The notes: generated by a model not told the origin, from the sequence alone. Positions 30,871 through 41,427 are shown, numbered from the stretch's first letter. The stretch is DNA of 64,000 nucleotides from an uncultured Acidobacteriota bacterium (GCA_963809485.1 CAWEJX010000008.1:544001-608000); one strand, 5' to 3'. Translations and numbers: made by a program.

Positions 30871-31803
30871 TCACAGTGGCTGCCCGATTTTGTCCAAACA
30901 ATCTGGCACCCGCTGTTTGTGGAGAGGGAGCTTGCCCTCCAGATAGAAACGAAGTATGCCTTCCGCTTTGGCAAAACGATAGTTGGAATGATATTTTCGA
31001 TGCATTTCTTCTAGAATGCGGTGGGAAAATTTGTTTGCCAATGGCCGAAGATTAGAATGGAACACAACCCGCTGCCGGACGGGTTTTGCCGTGTAGCCCA
31101 TGCGAAACTTGAAATCATCCACACTTGGAGGCGCATCGAGCGACTGGATACCCAAAAAAACAATCGAAATTTCCGGATTTTTGAATGCTTCACGGGTTAT
31201 GGAATAAAATAGCGCGTTATTTGCACGAGATTCTAGATGGGCGGAAGAACTCTGCGCATAGGGTATAATATACGAATCATCGCACCTGAAACCCAGAACT
31301 GAGGCTATCAATTCGCCATGGCGAGTAGCTCCATAACACTCAAATCCTGGCAGATCCAGAGCGCTCATACATAAACGATCCCACCATTTCTGGGTTTCGG
31401 CGCCGGACCTGCCCTGGCGTGCCAAGGTATCCTGCCGAAGAGGCCAGCCTTCCTTGGCAAGTCTGGAAACTGGAATTTGTTCAATTTTGGCATAGGCAAG
31501 ACCTCTATTGATGTTTTGGCGGGCCTGGCGCGGAAGCGATGAGAGATCAAAACCGGGATCTTCACAGACCACGTGATAGCTCGCCATCCCTTCCGGAGCA
31601 TCCAGCATCACCGAGTATCTGAGGGCAATAGCACGGCTTCTCCGCAGCAGCTGTTCCAGTTCTTCCTCAGAAGGCTGGATCAGCCAGTGAAAGGGGAAGG
31701 CCTGGAAAACCCTCAGACCGGCATCGTACCAGTAGCTGCTTGCAGTATGAACCACCGCGTAGCCCTGCCGCCGGAACCATTCCGCCATAACCTCAGCATT
31801 CAT
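30871..31803 (-). CDS. GNAT/FemAB-like acyl- or aminoacyl-transferase
   Basis: RQARQNINRGL, ANNALFY, VDDFKFRMGY typical of Acetyltransf_6/FemAB-like proteins in EPS loci. Confidence 0.65.
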   Translation of the reverse strand: MNAEVMAEWFRRQGYAVVHTASSYWYDAGLRVFQAFPFHWLIQPSEEELEQLLRRSRAIALRYSVMLDAPEGMASYHVVCEDPGFDLSSLPRQARQNINRGLAYAKIEQIPVSRLAKEGWPLRQDTLARQGRSGAETQKWWDRLCMSALDLPGFECYGATRHGELIASVLGFRCDDSYIIPYAQSSSAHLESRANNALFYSITREAFKNPEISIVFLGIQSLDAPPSVDDFKFRMGYTAKPVRQRVVFHSNLRPLANKFSHRILEEMHRKYHSNYRFAKAEGILRFYLEGKLPLHKQRVPDCLDKIGQPL

Positions 31804-32237
31804 GAAAGCCTATTGTTCCAGAAAAGGGGTGAATACTCTCAGGATTTGGCTGGCTTCGTCGCCGCAGCTTTACCTACAAATCCAACTCGGACGCGTTTTC
31901 CAGTAATGAATCCGCACCTGTAGCGTGTGGCTTTGAAAAATGCCGCCCATAGGGGGGCCACCAAGTTTGTGCCAATTTGAGATATTGTCATGATAAATTC
32001 AGAGCAACCGATCGATGCTTCCTCATTTGCTGCGATGTTGCGGCACAACTCAAAGTGAGCGACAACAGCGGGCGGCCTCGGGCCATACCCATCCGGGACC
32101 GGCATAGCCAGTCCTCGTAACCCCACCCATAAGGCGGGGGCTTCTAATTCGCACTAAAACATTTTTGATCAATGTTTTGTTGAGAATATGCACATAATCA
32201 TGCGGCTTAAATGCTAAAGTTCCAATATCCTTAAAGA

Positions 32238-34233
32238 CTATCCGGCTTTGTTCGCATATTCCTCAAAACCGTATTCAACCAACGATGATAAATCCCGTTG
32301 ATCTGTCAAAGCCCGAATCCTGGTTTTCCCAGCCAATCGAAGCTCCTTTCCGAAAACCGGGATCGGCTCCGACATCAATTGATTGATTCTCTTTTTGATT
32401 GCTTTTGCTTTGTCTTCATCAGCGATATTTTCGAGGATCAGCACGAATTCACGCGAGTTGAAGCGACCCAATGTGTCGCTTTCCCGTTTAATTTTGATCA
32501 ACCGTCTGGCCAGGGATCTCATCAATTCATCCGTGGTTACCTGACCATAGACATCACGAAGACTGTCAAGGTCATGCAATTCTATGATAAGAACCGCTGA
32601 GTTTGTGTTATAGCGCCTTGAATAGGAAAGCGCGTGCTTCAAACGATCTCTGTAATAAGTAACCCTTCGGAAGTCCAGTAAGAGGATCGTACATCAACTG
32701 AGAGTGAATGTATTCCTGTAACGTCCCGGCAAACTCCGATGATTTTACCGGTTCATCCAGATGGGCCTTGACTATCCCAATAAGGTTGTCTAGAAACATC
32801 AGCCGGACACGCGAGGTTTTGCAGAGGTCGAAGAGAATATCTCTGGCCTTGGAATCGGCATTTGAGACAGCGCACATAATCAGGCCTACATCATAGCGTT
32901 GAACCAATCCGGGAAGGTCGCTGATCCCACCCCGCACCCAGCAACCGTTTATTCGCATGCCCTGGTTTTTCGGATCGTCCGTGGAAACCATTCCAACAAT
33001 GGTAAAGATATGGCGGAACATTCTGCGCCTGAGCAGCCAGTTTGCCATCTGGCAACCTTCACCGCCGCCTACGATCAGCACCCTTTCGCCGATCCCCTTC
33101 ATATTACCTCGACGGGTTAGCCAGAATTCGGAAATGCCCATCAGGATTCTCAGGTGGTACCGGGTGCACAAAAAGCCGATCTGAGCCAATAGTCCTATTG
33201 TGACGATTAAAACGGGCGGCAAAGCAGGATATGGCAATATCTCGTAGAGATACTGCAAATGGTTAAGCATTAATACCCAAAAGGCCACAAATCCGCTTGA
33301 AACCAGCAAGCCGAAGGCGTCCGCCGCCGTTGCCTCAGCCCATAAAATCCTGTTAAAACCTGCAAGCGAATTGACGCCGCCAAACAGCAGAGCCAGTAAC
33401 AAAACCAAGCCCAGGAGCGGGATGGGGCCCCAATCAAAGGGTCCCTGGGTACGCCACAATAGCGCGGAGCTAACCGCGGCTGTGAACAATGTTAGAAAAT
33501 CGATTAAGAACCAGGACACATATCTATGAACGAAACGGGAAAGCGGACCAAAAAGCAGAAGCGTTTCTGGAATACCTGCTTCCGAAATGGGTGGGATGAA
33601 AAGCGCCAGGGTCAGGAAAATTACGTCCAAATCTGTTGAAAACGATCGATTGCGGACATAAAGGCGGTCAAGACGTATCTTATTAGGCAAGATGTCATTG
33701 AAATACATCCTCATAAGTTCAATCTTGGAGAGAAGATTTTCTTCGCTGTGATAGAAAACACTCGCCGGACTCGTAACGCCCGGCCTGACAGAGAGAATTT
33801 CTTCACGCGCATCTTCAGGCCAACCCATCATCAATTCCGGATCCTCGGGGCGAGGGCCTACCATGCTCATATCGCCGACCAACACATTCCATAGTTGCGG
33901 CAATTCATTCAGCTTCGTTCTACGAAGCCAGCGTCCCAGCGCCGTAATACGGTCATCTTCCGAAGACGTCAACCGAGGCCCATCATAGCTTTCCGGACTA
34001 TCATACATTGTCCGGAATTTAAGAATCTGAAATACTCGCCCATTGCGACCCACACGCGGTCCACGATAAAAAACCGGGCCCGGAGAATCCCGTTTGATAA
34101 CGATCCAAGCTATAAAGAAAAGAGGCGAAAGAAGGATCAGACCGATGATAGAGGACACAATGTCAAAGGCGCGTTTAGTTACGAGGCTCCAGCGGTCCAA
34201 CAAAGATGGAGCGTTTGCCTGGACCGGATGCAC
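32238..34233 (-). CDS. Priming phosphoglycosyl transferase (Bac_transf) + TM/CoA-binding domain + degenerate GGDEF domain (1-nt frameshift at ~32650)
   Basis: KRAFDI..KFRTM..KLNELPQLWNVLVGDMSMVGPRPE..RPGVT; RVLIVGGGEG; YDPLTGLP|DRLKHAL..RESDTLGRFNSREFVLIL. Confidence 0.85.
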
Positions 34234-35473
34234 GATTCTTCAGCAATTCTGAAAGATAACGGAAGCTGATCATTTCTATATAGCCGCTTGGATTTCTTCG
34301 GTTTTTTGAGAAGGCTACAGTGACCGCTATGATTTCAAGGCTCGAAGAGCCTGATGTGAGGCTTTCCACTACATAATTAACATGGTCTTCGGTCATTGCA
34401 GGATAAAGAGGCAGCGTAAGCAAACTATATTTGAGGCTTTCCGTTACAGGAAGGTTATATGGTGTTGCAGAAACATATGCGGTAAATGTATGAATGGGCC
34501 TATAGTGGACGCTTGACTGAATACCATTCTCTCTCAGCGATGATGCAATCGTGCTCCTGTCGGCCCCTTCAGGAAGAACAATCGGGAAAATATGGCAGGC
34601 AGAAACTGAAGATTCACCGGCATTTTTGAACGGCACTACAATACTCGAATCTTGATATAAAAGTGCCCGATATTTCTCAACGATTTTCATGCGGGCGATG
34701 TTTTTGCCCCCAAGCCTTTTGAGCTGCACCCTGCCCATAGCCGCGTTGATTTCGCCGGATCGATAATTGAATCCCTTCTCCATCACATCATAGGACATGG
34801 AATGCCCTTTGTGTCTATCCAATGTATTGGTGGTCATCCCATGGGATCGCAGCAATTTTATTCTTTGGGCAAGATCATCCCGGTTGGTGACGACCATTCC
34901 GCCTTCGCCGGTGGAGAGGTTTTTGTTCGAGAAAAAGCTGAAGCAGCCGACGTCCCCGAATGTGCCGGTCATTTTGCCTTTTAGAGAGGCTCCTGGAGAG
35001 TGTGCGCAGTCTTCAACCACATATAAATGATTTTCCCCGGCAATCTTCATTATCTCATCCATGAGGCAAGGGTATCCGGCATAGTGCATCACCGCTATTC
35101 CTTTGGTCCGCGGACTTATCTTTCGGGAAATATCCTCCGGAGATATGGTCAAAGTCTCTTTCGAAATTATATCTGCTAAAACAGGTGAAGCGCCGGTTTG
35201 GGCAATTGCGCTGGCTGTAGCGACAAAGGTCAAAGAAGGACAAATCACCTCATCCCCGGGGCCCGCCCCGAGAACATGATGAGCCAGGTGCAGCGCCGCT
35301 GTGCAACTGGATACCATAAAGGCATATTTCACGTTGAGAAAGTTCGCAAATTCCCTCTCGAAGGCGTTGATTTCCTCGCCCATGGTAAGCCAACCGGACT
35401 TGAGAACACGCAGCACGGCGTCCTGCTCGTCCTGACCAAAATCGGTGTCAAAAAGTGGGACTTTCCAATTCAT
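34175..35473 (-). CDS. DegT/DnrJ/EryC1/StrS sugar aminotransferase
   Basis: SSCTAALHLA, PSLTFVATA, EDCAH, FSFFSNKNLSTGEGG, LTLPLYP. Confidence 0.93.
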   Translation of the reverse strand: MNWKVPLFDTDFGQDEQDAVLRVLKSGWLTMGEEINAFEREFANFLNVKYAFMVSSCTAALHLAHHVLGAGPGDEVICPSLTFVATASAIAQTGASPVLADIISKETLTISPEDISRKISPRTKGIAVMHYAGYPCLMDEIMKIAGENHLYVVEDCAHSPGASLKGKMTGTFGDVGCFSFFSNKNLSTGEGGMVVTNRDDLAQRIKLLRSHGMTTNTLDRHKGHSMSYDVMEKGFNYRSGEINAAMGRVQLKRLGGKNIARMKIVEKYRALLYQDSSIVVPFKNAGESSVSACHIFPIVLPEGADRSTIASSLRENGIQSSVHYRPIHTFTAYVSATPYNLPVTESLKYSLLTLPLYPAMTEDHVNYVVESLTSGSSSLEIIAVTVAFSKNRRNPSGYIEMISFRYLSELLKNRASGPGKRSIFVGPLEPRN

Positions 35474-35482
35474 TCCGCATGC

Positions 35483-36187
35483 CTATTGCAAAAAGTGATC
35501 TCTCTTCTGATCAAATTCATTGATCGCGCGTTCGTAGTCGTCGTTGCGGCCTATATCAAGCCAGTAACCGTCGAAAGGATAGGATGCTACCTTCTCCCCA
35601 TTCTTAATCAGAACTCGTACGAGGTCCGGAAAATCGAAATAGGTATCAGGCTTTATGAACTGCAAAACCTGGGGCGAAAATACGTAAATGCCCATGCTGA
35701 CCCGATATTTAAATGATGGCTTTTCGATGTAATCGGCCAGCAGGTTGGATCCGTTAGTTTCAATTACGCCGAAGTCAATATTGACAGTGCGCTGGTAAGT
35801 AGCAATTGTTGCCACTGCCTGCTGTTTCATATGGAAGCTATAGAGGTCGGCGTATCGCAAGTCTGTCAGGATATCCCCATTCATTACGAGGAACGGTTCA
35901 TCGAGGCCCTTGACCAGCGCGAGAGGACCGGCGGTCCCCAGCGGCTTGCTTTCCACGGAATAATTGATCCGAATACCGAGCTTGCTTCCGTTGTTAAAAT
36001 AGGCCCGCAGGAGTTCCGCGAGATGGCCAACCGCAAGCGTAACTTCATCACAGCCGGAGGATTTAAGCTGATGCAGAATCACCTCCAGGATGGGCATATC
36101 GCCGACAGGCATAAGCGGCTTTGGGAATACGGTTGTGTAAGGTGCCAACCTTCTTCCCTTTCCGCCTGCGAGAATGATGGCTTTCAT
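35483..36187 (-). CDS. Sugar-phosphate nucleotidyltransferase
   Basis: MKAIILAGGKGRRLAPYTTVFPKPLMPV, PLGTAGPL, VMNGD, YWLDIG. Confidence 0.93.
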   Translation of the reverse strand: MKAIILAGGKGRRLAPYTTVFPKPLMPVGDMPILEVILHQLKSSGCDEVTLAVGHLAELLRAYFNNGSKLGIRINYSVESKPLGTAGPLALVKGLDEPFLVMNGDILTDLRYADLYSFHMKQQAVATIATYQRTVNIDFGVIETNGSNLLADYIEKPSFKYRVSMGIYVFSPQVLQFIKPDTYFDFPDLVRVLIKNGEKVASYPFDGYWLDIGRNDDYERAINEFDQKRDHFLQ

Positions 36188-36441
36188 ATTTTCACTCCGA
36201 CTTTCGGGCTGACGATGAGCATATGATAATGATGCCAGGTGATTCGGATAGATGGCATCGCTTCCCGCTTGTACGAAATTTGGAACCCTCTACCACTGAT
36301 GCAATCCACACTCATCCGGGCACAATCGGACGGTCTCTGGCGCCTCGTCCGTAAATTTTAACGCTGACGCACGCTGAAAAATTATAAATAAATACTATTT
36401 TCTCAGCAGTTTATGGCCGTGGCTTCAGGTGCGTCGATTAG

Positions 36442-37203
36442 CTAAATTCTGCGATAGAGGGCTGGGGGAATGGGATATGTACGTTTATTCAGGACGGCGC
36501 CAAAAAGCTTGATATTGGCTGCCTCGATATCATCTTTGGCTTTACGGGCTGTATCCCGGCGCGTGGAATGCGCCTCAAGCACCAGAACCATTCCATCCGA
36601 CAATTGCCCCAAAAATAGAGAATCCAAAGACCTGCTTATGGGCGGTGCGTCGACCAGGATAAAAGCAAACTCCGAACGCAATTCCGTAAGACGAATCTTC
36701 AGACGGTCGCGATTCATTACACTCGCACCGTTGCTCGGCAATGCACTCCCCGACATAAGCCATAAATTGCTATTGTGGATTGCCTGCACGAAGTTGTGAA
36801 CGGGACCCTCCTGTAAGATGGCATTCGCAAGCCCGCTTCCTCCATTTACACCAAAATATTGATGAAGCATTGGAGATTGCAGATTGGCATCAACAAGGCA
36901 GACTCTTCCCTCACCAAGAGCAGCCAGCGCTTCTCCGGCCCGAGCGCAAATCCAGCTGCAGCCGTTGCCCTGCTCGACCGCAGAGAAGACTACCATCTGT
37001 GGGGCGCCCTGAACATTTGCAAGGAATACCCGCTGAACAAGCTGAAGGATTTCCTCCCGGACGTGGTCACCGCGACGGAGATGTCCATTTCCCCTGATTA
37101 CGGCGGGATGGCTCTTTTTTTCTCCCGTACTGGCCAAAAGATCCGTGCGGAAAAGCTCCAGGTCCTTTTCTGCACTGCGAAGAAGCTCATAATTTTTGCT
37201 CAC
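36442..37203 (-). CDS. CpsD/CapB-family BY-kinase-like protein with degenerate Walker A
   Basis: SAVEQGNGCS (Lys missing), CLVDANLQSP, ILVDAPP, GAVLNK; no Tyr cluster. Confidence 0.85.
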   Translation of the reverse strand: MSKNYELLRSAEKDLELFRTDLLASTGEKKSHPAVIRGNGHLRRGDHVREEILQLVQRVFLANVQGAPQMVVFSAVEQGNGCSWICARAGEALAALGEGRVCLVDANLQSPMLHQYFGVNGGSGLANAILQEGPVHNFVQAIHNSNLWLMSGSALPSNGASVMNRDRLKIRLTELRSEFAFILVDAPPISRSLDSLFLGQLSDGMVLVLEAHSTRRDTARKAKDDIEAANIKLFGAVLNKRTYPIPPALYRRI

Positions 37204-37224
37204 AACTATCTCCCAAACGAATAT

Positions 37225-38520
37225 TTATGGGTGCACAGCAGGCTTCGTTGACCCAGAGGTCGGCTTTTCCAAGGCTCGTTTATCGGGATTTGCCGGCAAG
37301 CGCAATGTCATGCCAGAACTGATCCAGTTCAGATCCTTGATTGCTTCGTTCAATTTTAGAATCTCTTCGCTCAAATCTTTATCCAGTTCGCGACCGAGAT
37401 ATTTCACGCTTATGGATCCGAGCGTGTCGCCCTCGCCAACAGTCACCGTCAGGTATTGAGGCTGTATGACCGCAGGGACCGGAACCGGCGCCGGCGCAAC
37501 CGGCCGGTATGAAAAAGAAAGAGATCCAGCAAGAATAAGCAGTACGGCAGATGCTGCCACGCGAGGAGGCGATATATGCCCCACCGGCCTGAAATATTCC
37601 TCAATCGAGGGTTCCCGCGGGTTCACGTCAGAGGACACTGCACGGGTTGCAGAAGCCGCCGAATGAGAGGGTGACAGGGAACTTGCAGGTTTTTTATTTT
37701 CATCAATAGACGGACGGTGCATATCCAGGTCGGATATTACTTCGCGGACAATCGATGTATTCACCTTCCTGGAACGCTTGGCATAGCCAAGCGACAGCGC
37801 ATTGAAGCAAAGATTGTTGATTGTTCGAGGTATGCCTTGCGAGGCTGTAACTATCATTTCCAGCGCATCTTTCTTGAAGGGCAAAGATCCCTGATTGCCG
37901 GCAATCCTGAGCCGATGATCAATATATTCGTTTACCTCCGAAGGGCTGAGAGGTTCCAACTGGCTCATGATTGAAATGCGCTGGCGCAATTGCGTCATTT
38001 CGTGACGCGCCAGTTTCGACGCCAGCTGAGGCTGCCCTGCCAGCACAATTTGCATCAATTTCCGGCTCGGCGTTTCGAAGTCGGAAAGCAGGCGAATGGT
38101 CTCCAGAACCGGCTCATCCAGGTTCTGAGCCTCATCGATGAAAAGGACAAAACGCCTCCCGTTGCGCGCTTCCTCAATGAGGATTTCATTCAGCTTTCCG
38201 TGAAGGCTCACCGCATCCTGATCGCCGGGATCGCACCCGAGGTCGGCCATAATATAGCGAAGAAGCTCTTGTGAATTGCACTGCGTTTGAAACAGGAAGG
38301 CGGTCCGCGACGATTCCCGCATGCGCTCAAGCAGTTGAAAGAGAAGCGTGGTCTTACCCAAGCCGGGCGGGGCGATCAAAGTCACGAATCCCCGGTCCGA
38401 TTCAATTGCATAATAGATCGACGCCAGAGCTTCGCGGTGCGATTCGCTCCAGAAAATATATTTCGGATCGGGGGTTAGGCCGAAGGGTTGTTCCCGCAGC
38501 CCATAGAAATCTAGGAACAT
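37225..38520 (-). CDS. ExeA-family AAA ATPase with TM and C-terminal LysM
   Basis: MFLDFYGLREQPFGLTPDP, PPGLGKTTL, IDEAQNL, LAGQPQL, GIPRTIN; VTVGEGDTLGSISVKYLG..LN. Confidence 0.9.
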   Translation of the reverse strand: MFLDFYGLREQPFGLTPDPKYIFWSESHREALASIYYAIESDRGFVTLIAPPGLGKTTLLFQLLERMRESSRTAFLFQTQCNSQELLRYIMADLGCDPGDQDAVSLHGKLNEILIEEARNGRRFVLFIDEAQNLDEPVLETIRLLSDFETPSRKLMQIVLAGQPQLASKLARHEMTQLRQRISIMSQLEPLSPSEVNEYIDHRLRIAGNQGSLPFKKDALEMIVTASQGIPRTINNLCFNALSLGYAKRSRKVNTSIVREVISDLDMHRPSIDENKKPASSLSPSHSAASATRAVSSDVNPREPSIEEYFRPVGHISPPRVAASAVLLILAGSLSFSYRPVAPAPVPVPAVIQPQYLTVTVGEGDTLGSISVKYLGRELDKDLSEEILKLNEAIKDLNWISSGMTLRLPANPDKRALEKPTSGSTKPAVHP

Positions 38521-38551
38521 TTCAGGAATCCCATGAATGAAGGAATTCTAT

Positions 38552-40156
38552 TCAATTACGCGGCAAAGAGGCAATCACAGGGACTGCCAGAACATGTTCA
38601 ACCTCACCCGGCGTCCTGAAGGTCGGGTCAATGTAATCGGCAGCGATTGCCAGTCCTATGCTCGTCAAAAGCGCAAGAGTAAAGCCCAGAGTCAGATTCA
38701 AAGGCCAATTGGGGCCGGTCGGCATGGCCGGAACCGTCGCAGCCTCGACCATCGCGACATTGACAATATGCTTGCGATCCAGTGCATCCGATATGCGTGC
38801 TTCCTCCTGCTTGCGCAAATATAAGAGATAGTTCTCTTCGGCGGTTTTAGCTTGCCGTTCAAGGTCGGTGAGCGGAATCTCCCTGCTGCTGATCTGACGT
38901 GCGCTCCTGCGATAGGAATCCAGGCTCATTTGAATCTGTGTTTCACGCGCACCAAGCGCTGCCCTTTCAGCCCGTGCCTTGGCTAGTTCTTCGTCCAGCC
39001 ATTGGCGTGTCCTATCGAGGTCCGTAGATTCCTCACGAATGGGATTTTTCTCGGCCTTGTCCAAAGCATCACGAGCCTGGGAGATCTGTCCATCAATTTC
39101 CTTCACCGTACGGTATTCGGGATCATATTTGGTGAGCAGATCCGCGCGCTTCATCTCAAGATCCAGCAGCTTGGATCTGATTTGCTGAAGTAAGCTGGAA
39201 TTGTCCATAGTTCGCACCTGTGTGACAATCCGCTCGGGAGTCGCCGCTGCCTGTGCCTCCAGCAATTTGATGCGCTGCTCAAGCGCTGCTCGAGCCGCTT
39301 GCGTTTCGCGCAGCTGCGACTCCGTGTCGCTAAGCTTTCGCAGCGTTATATCCTTTTCAATCTCCACTGAGACAACACCTTCGCTCCTGTTGAACTCGGC
39401 CAGATGCTTTTCGGCTGCCGCAAGCCCCTTTTTGTACTGTTCTGTTTGCTGCTCGAAAAAGTCCAGGGTGCCCGGCGGGCGGTGTACAGCCAGATGCTTC
39501 TCCAGGTAAAGCTCCGAAAGCGTCTGCAGGACCCTGGCAGTCAACTTTGGATCCTGCGAAGCATAATTGACCTGTATCATCTTTGATTTTTCTATGGGCC
39601 AGGCGATCAGGTTCTTTTCCAGCGCGAGCACAGCATTGGGGATTTGGGAATCCGGACTGGATTCCGCCTTTTCGCCAAGTGGCAAGTATTTTAGAATACG
39701 GCTTAGGAAGGATTCGTTTTTATGCAGATGCAATCCGCAAGAAACAACCACCTTTTCGAGAAGGTCCCGGCTTCTCAGCAATTCGACCTCTGAGTTGAGA
39801 TCCTCAAGCGTAACATCCCTGACGACAAGCGATTGAACATTCGAAGAAGGGGTCACAACAGGATCGACTCGTTCCCGCTTGATCAGGATCTTCATGCTGG
39901 TTTCATACTTTGTTGGCAGCATCCATGTCCCAAGAATTACGCCAAGGAATATTGCCAGAAAGGATGATACGAGCAGAGTCTTGTGCCGGAAAATTACACC
40001 AATGATGTCGCGCAACGTCGAGAACCTAATCCGATCGGCTGCCGGGGCCAGTGAAATAGATTCCTCACCCAGCCTTTTCAAAGCTTCAGCGTGCTCGGAG
40101 ACTGCCGGAGGACGCGCCGCACTTGGGATTGTAACATTTGAAGTTGGTTCTTCCAT
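38552..40156 (-). CDS. Polysaccharide co-polymerase / chain-length determinant (GumC/Wzz)
   Basis: Two TM segments, NSEVELLRSRDLLEKVV, coiled coils, YDPEYR, DPTFRTPGEVEHVLAVPVIASLP. Confidence 0.9.
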   Translation of the reverse strand: MEEPTSNVTIPSAARPPAVSEHAEALKRLGEESISLAPAADRIRFSTLRDIIGVIFRHKTLLVSSFLAIFLGVILGTWMLPTKYETSMKILIKRERVDPVVTPSSNVQSLVVRDVTLEDLNSEVELLRSRDLLEKVVVSCGLHLHKNESFLSRILKYLPLGEKAESSPDSQIPNAVLALEKNLIAWPIEKSKMIQVNYASQDPKLTARVLQTLSELYLEKHLAVHRPPGTLDFFEQQTEQYKKGLAAAEKHLAEFNRSEGVVSVEIEKDITLRKLSDTESQLRETQAARAALEQRIKLLEAQAAATPERIVTQVRTMDNSSLLQQIRSKLLDLEMKRADLLTKYDPEYRTVKEIDGQISQARDALDKAEKNPIREESTDLDRTRQWLDEELAKARAERAALGARETQIQMSLDSYRRSARQISSREIPLTDLERQAKTAEENYLLYLRKQEEARISDALDRKHIVNVAMVEAATVPAMPTGPNWPLNLTLGFTLALLTSIGLAIAADYIDPTFRTPGEVEHVLAVPVIASLPRN

Positions 40157-40171
40157 AGCTTCTCCTGTGAT

Positions 40172-40888
40172 CTACCAGGGAGTATAGACGCCGATAGACG
40201 TTTTGGGTATGAAGTCCTTGATTTTGGACAATGTATTTTTGGGAACATATATCATATCGCCAGGACGCAGATGAAGATCCTCGCTCAGATCCGCAGTGGC
40301 AAGCATCTCTTTCATATCCAATTTTTTGACCGAGACCCACTGATCCGATATCTGACGGAAAAGCAGCACCTGCGAATGCTTGGCTTTCTCGTTAATCCCG
40401 CCCGCTATCCCGATCGCTTGCAGGACCGTTGTGTCTCCCCGAAGCTCGTATTTTCCGGGCTTTCCCAGTTCTCCCTGGGCAATGAAATATGGCTTCTCAA
40501 ATTCCTTCAACACAACATCTATGACCGGGTCTTTGAGGATGCCGGAATATTTTTTTTGCAGCATTTGCGCTAATTCGGGAGTCGTCTTTCCGGCAACATG
40601 TAAATCCGCCAGTTCGCGAAGGCTAATGTAACCGTCAGGCTGTATCGTTAGGATTTGATTGAATTCCGGCGTAAATCGAAAATTAATTTCAATTATATCC
40701 CCCACACGAAGCAAGTAACGTGGATTGGGAGTTTGCAGCACGGGTTCATTGGCTCGCTTTGTCGCCTGTTCGATGGTGTTTGGGTCAACGCCTGATTCCG
40801 AAATCGGCTTTTGCTGGAAACCCGCCGCTGAAGTTGCCAGGACCAGCATCAGGACAATTGCCGGAATTGAGATGTGTCGAAAAAACAT
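40172..40888 (-). CDS. wza: Polysaccharide export protein (Poly_export + SLBB)
   Basis: YLLRVGDII, IQPDGYISL..GKT, GELGKPGKY, LRPGDMIYVP. Confidence 0.88.
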   Translation of the reverse strand: MFFRHISIPAIVLMLVLATSAAGFQQKPISESGVDPNTIEQATKRANEPVLQTPNPRYLLRVGDIIEINFRFTPEFNQILTIQPDGYISLRELADLHVAGKTTPELAQMLQKKYSGILKDPVIDVVLKEFEKPYFIAQGELGKPGKYELRGDTTVLQAIGIAGGINEKAKHSQVLLFRQISDQWVSVKKLDMKEMLATADLSEDLHLRPGDMIYVPKNTLSKIKDFIPKTSIGVYTPW

Positions 40889-41110
40889 TGTCTTCCTCCC
40901 TTCCTAACTCAGATCAGAGAGAATCAAGCCTTCTATTGTTGATCTTATATTTATGGCGATTTTACATAAAGCGCCGATGTTTCGCCCTTCGGGGCGGGGA
41001 GCTGCATTTCTGATCCTATGCCATCTGATTTCCCTCAAACCAATGCGGCTTTTAGATCGCGCGATTGGCAACAACGAAAATTGGTTGGGAAAAAAGGCTG
41101 ACCGACCTCC

Positions 41111-41401
41111 TCATGAATTGTGATCACCGGTTTTTGGATTCGCTTCATGCTTTCCCTTTAATTCCTCAGCCAGCATCTGGATGCTGTGATCCAGCATCTC
41201 CATTCTTTCATTTAATGCGCGCAGCGATTCCTCGAGCTTATCCACTCCATCGCCATTAGGGGTAGCATTCATGTTACAGGCGACAGAGCGCGTAAACTCG
41301 GAAACGCTTCGGGCACCGCACGTCGCACTCACACTTTTGAGCGACCTATATTCTTCGTCGGAGAGACGGAAGCTTACCGTCCGAGATCGTTTTTTCAGCA
41401 T
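41111..41401 (-). CDS. Small ribbon-helix-helix protein with coiled-coil tail (putative operon regulator)
   Basis: RSRTVSFRLSDEEYRSL..GARSVSEFTRS; first gene of EPS operon. Confidence 0.7.
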   Translation of the reverse strand: MLKKRSRTVSFRLSDEEYRSLKSVSATCGARSVSEFTRSVACNMNATPNGDGVDKLEESLRALNERMEMLDHSIQMLAEELKGKHEANPKTGDHNS

Positions 41402-41427
41402 ATGTTTAACCAGGAGGGTTGAGGATC

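Noticed and set aside
34175-34350. C-terminal extension of DegT as an extra domain
   Set aside because: No motif; overlaps the next gene's start region and may reflect stop loss or another indel. Cannot be resolved without reads.
37225-38520. Type II secretion or PEP-CTERM system
   Set aside because: No gsp genes, exosortase or PEP-CTERM tails in the window; ExeA alone is insufficient.
40890-41110. c-di-GMP riboswitch upstream of wza
   Set aside because: Only a short CGCCCTTCGGGGCG hairpin; GEMM or class II consensus not recognisable by eye. An Infernal scan would settle it.
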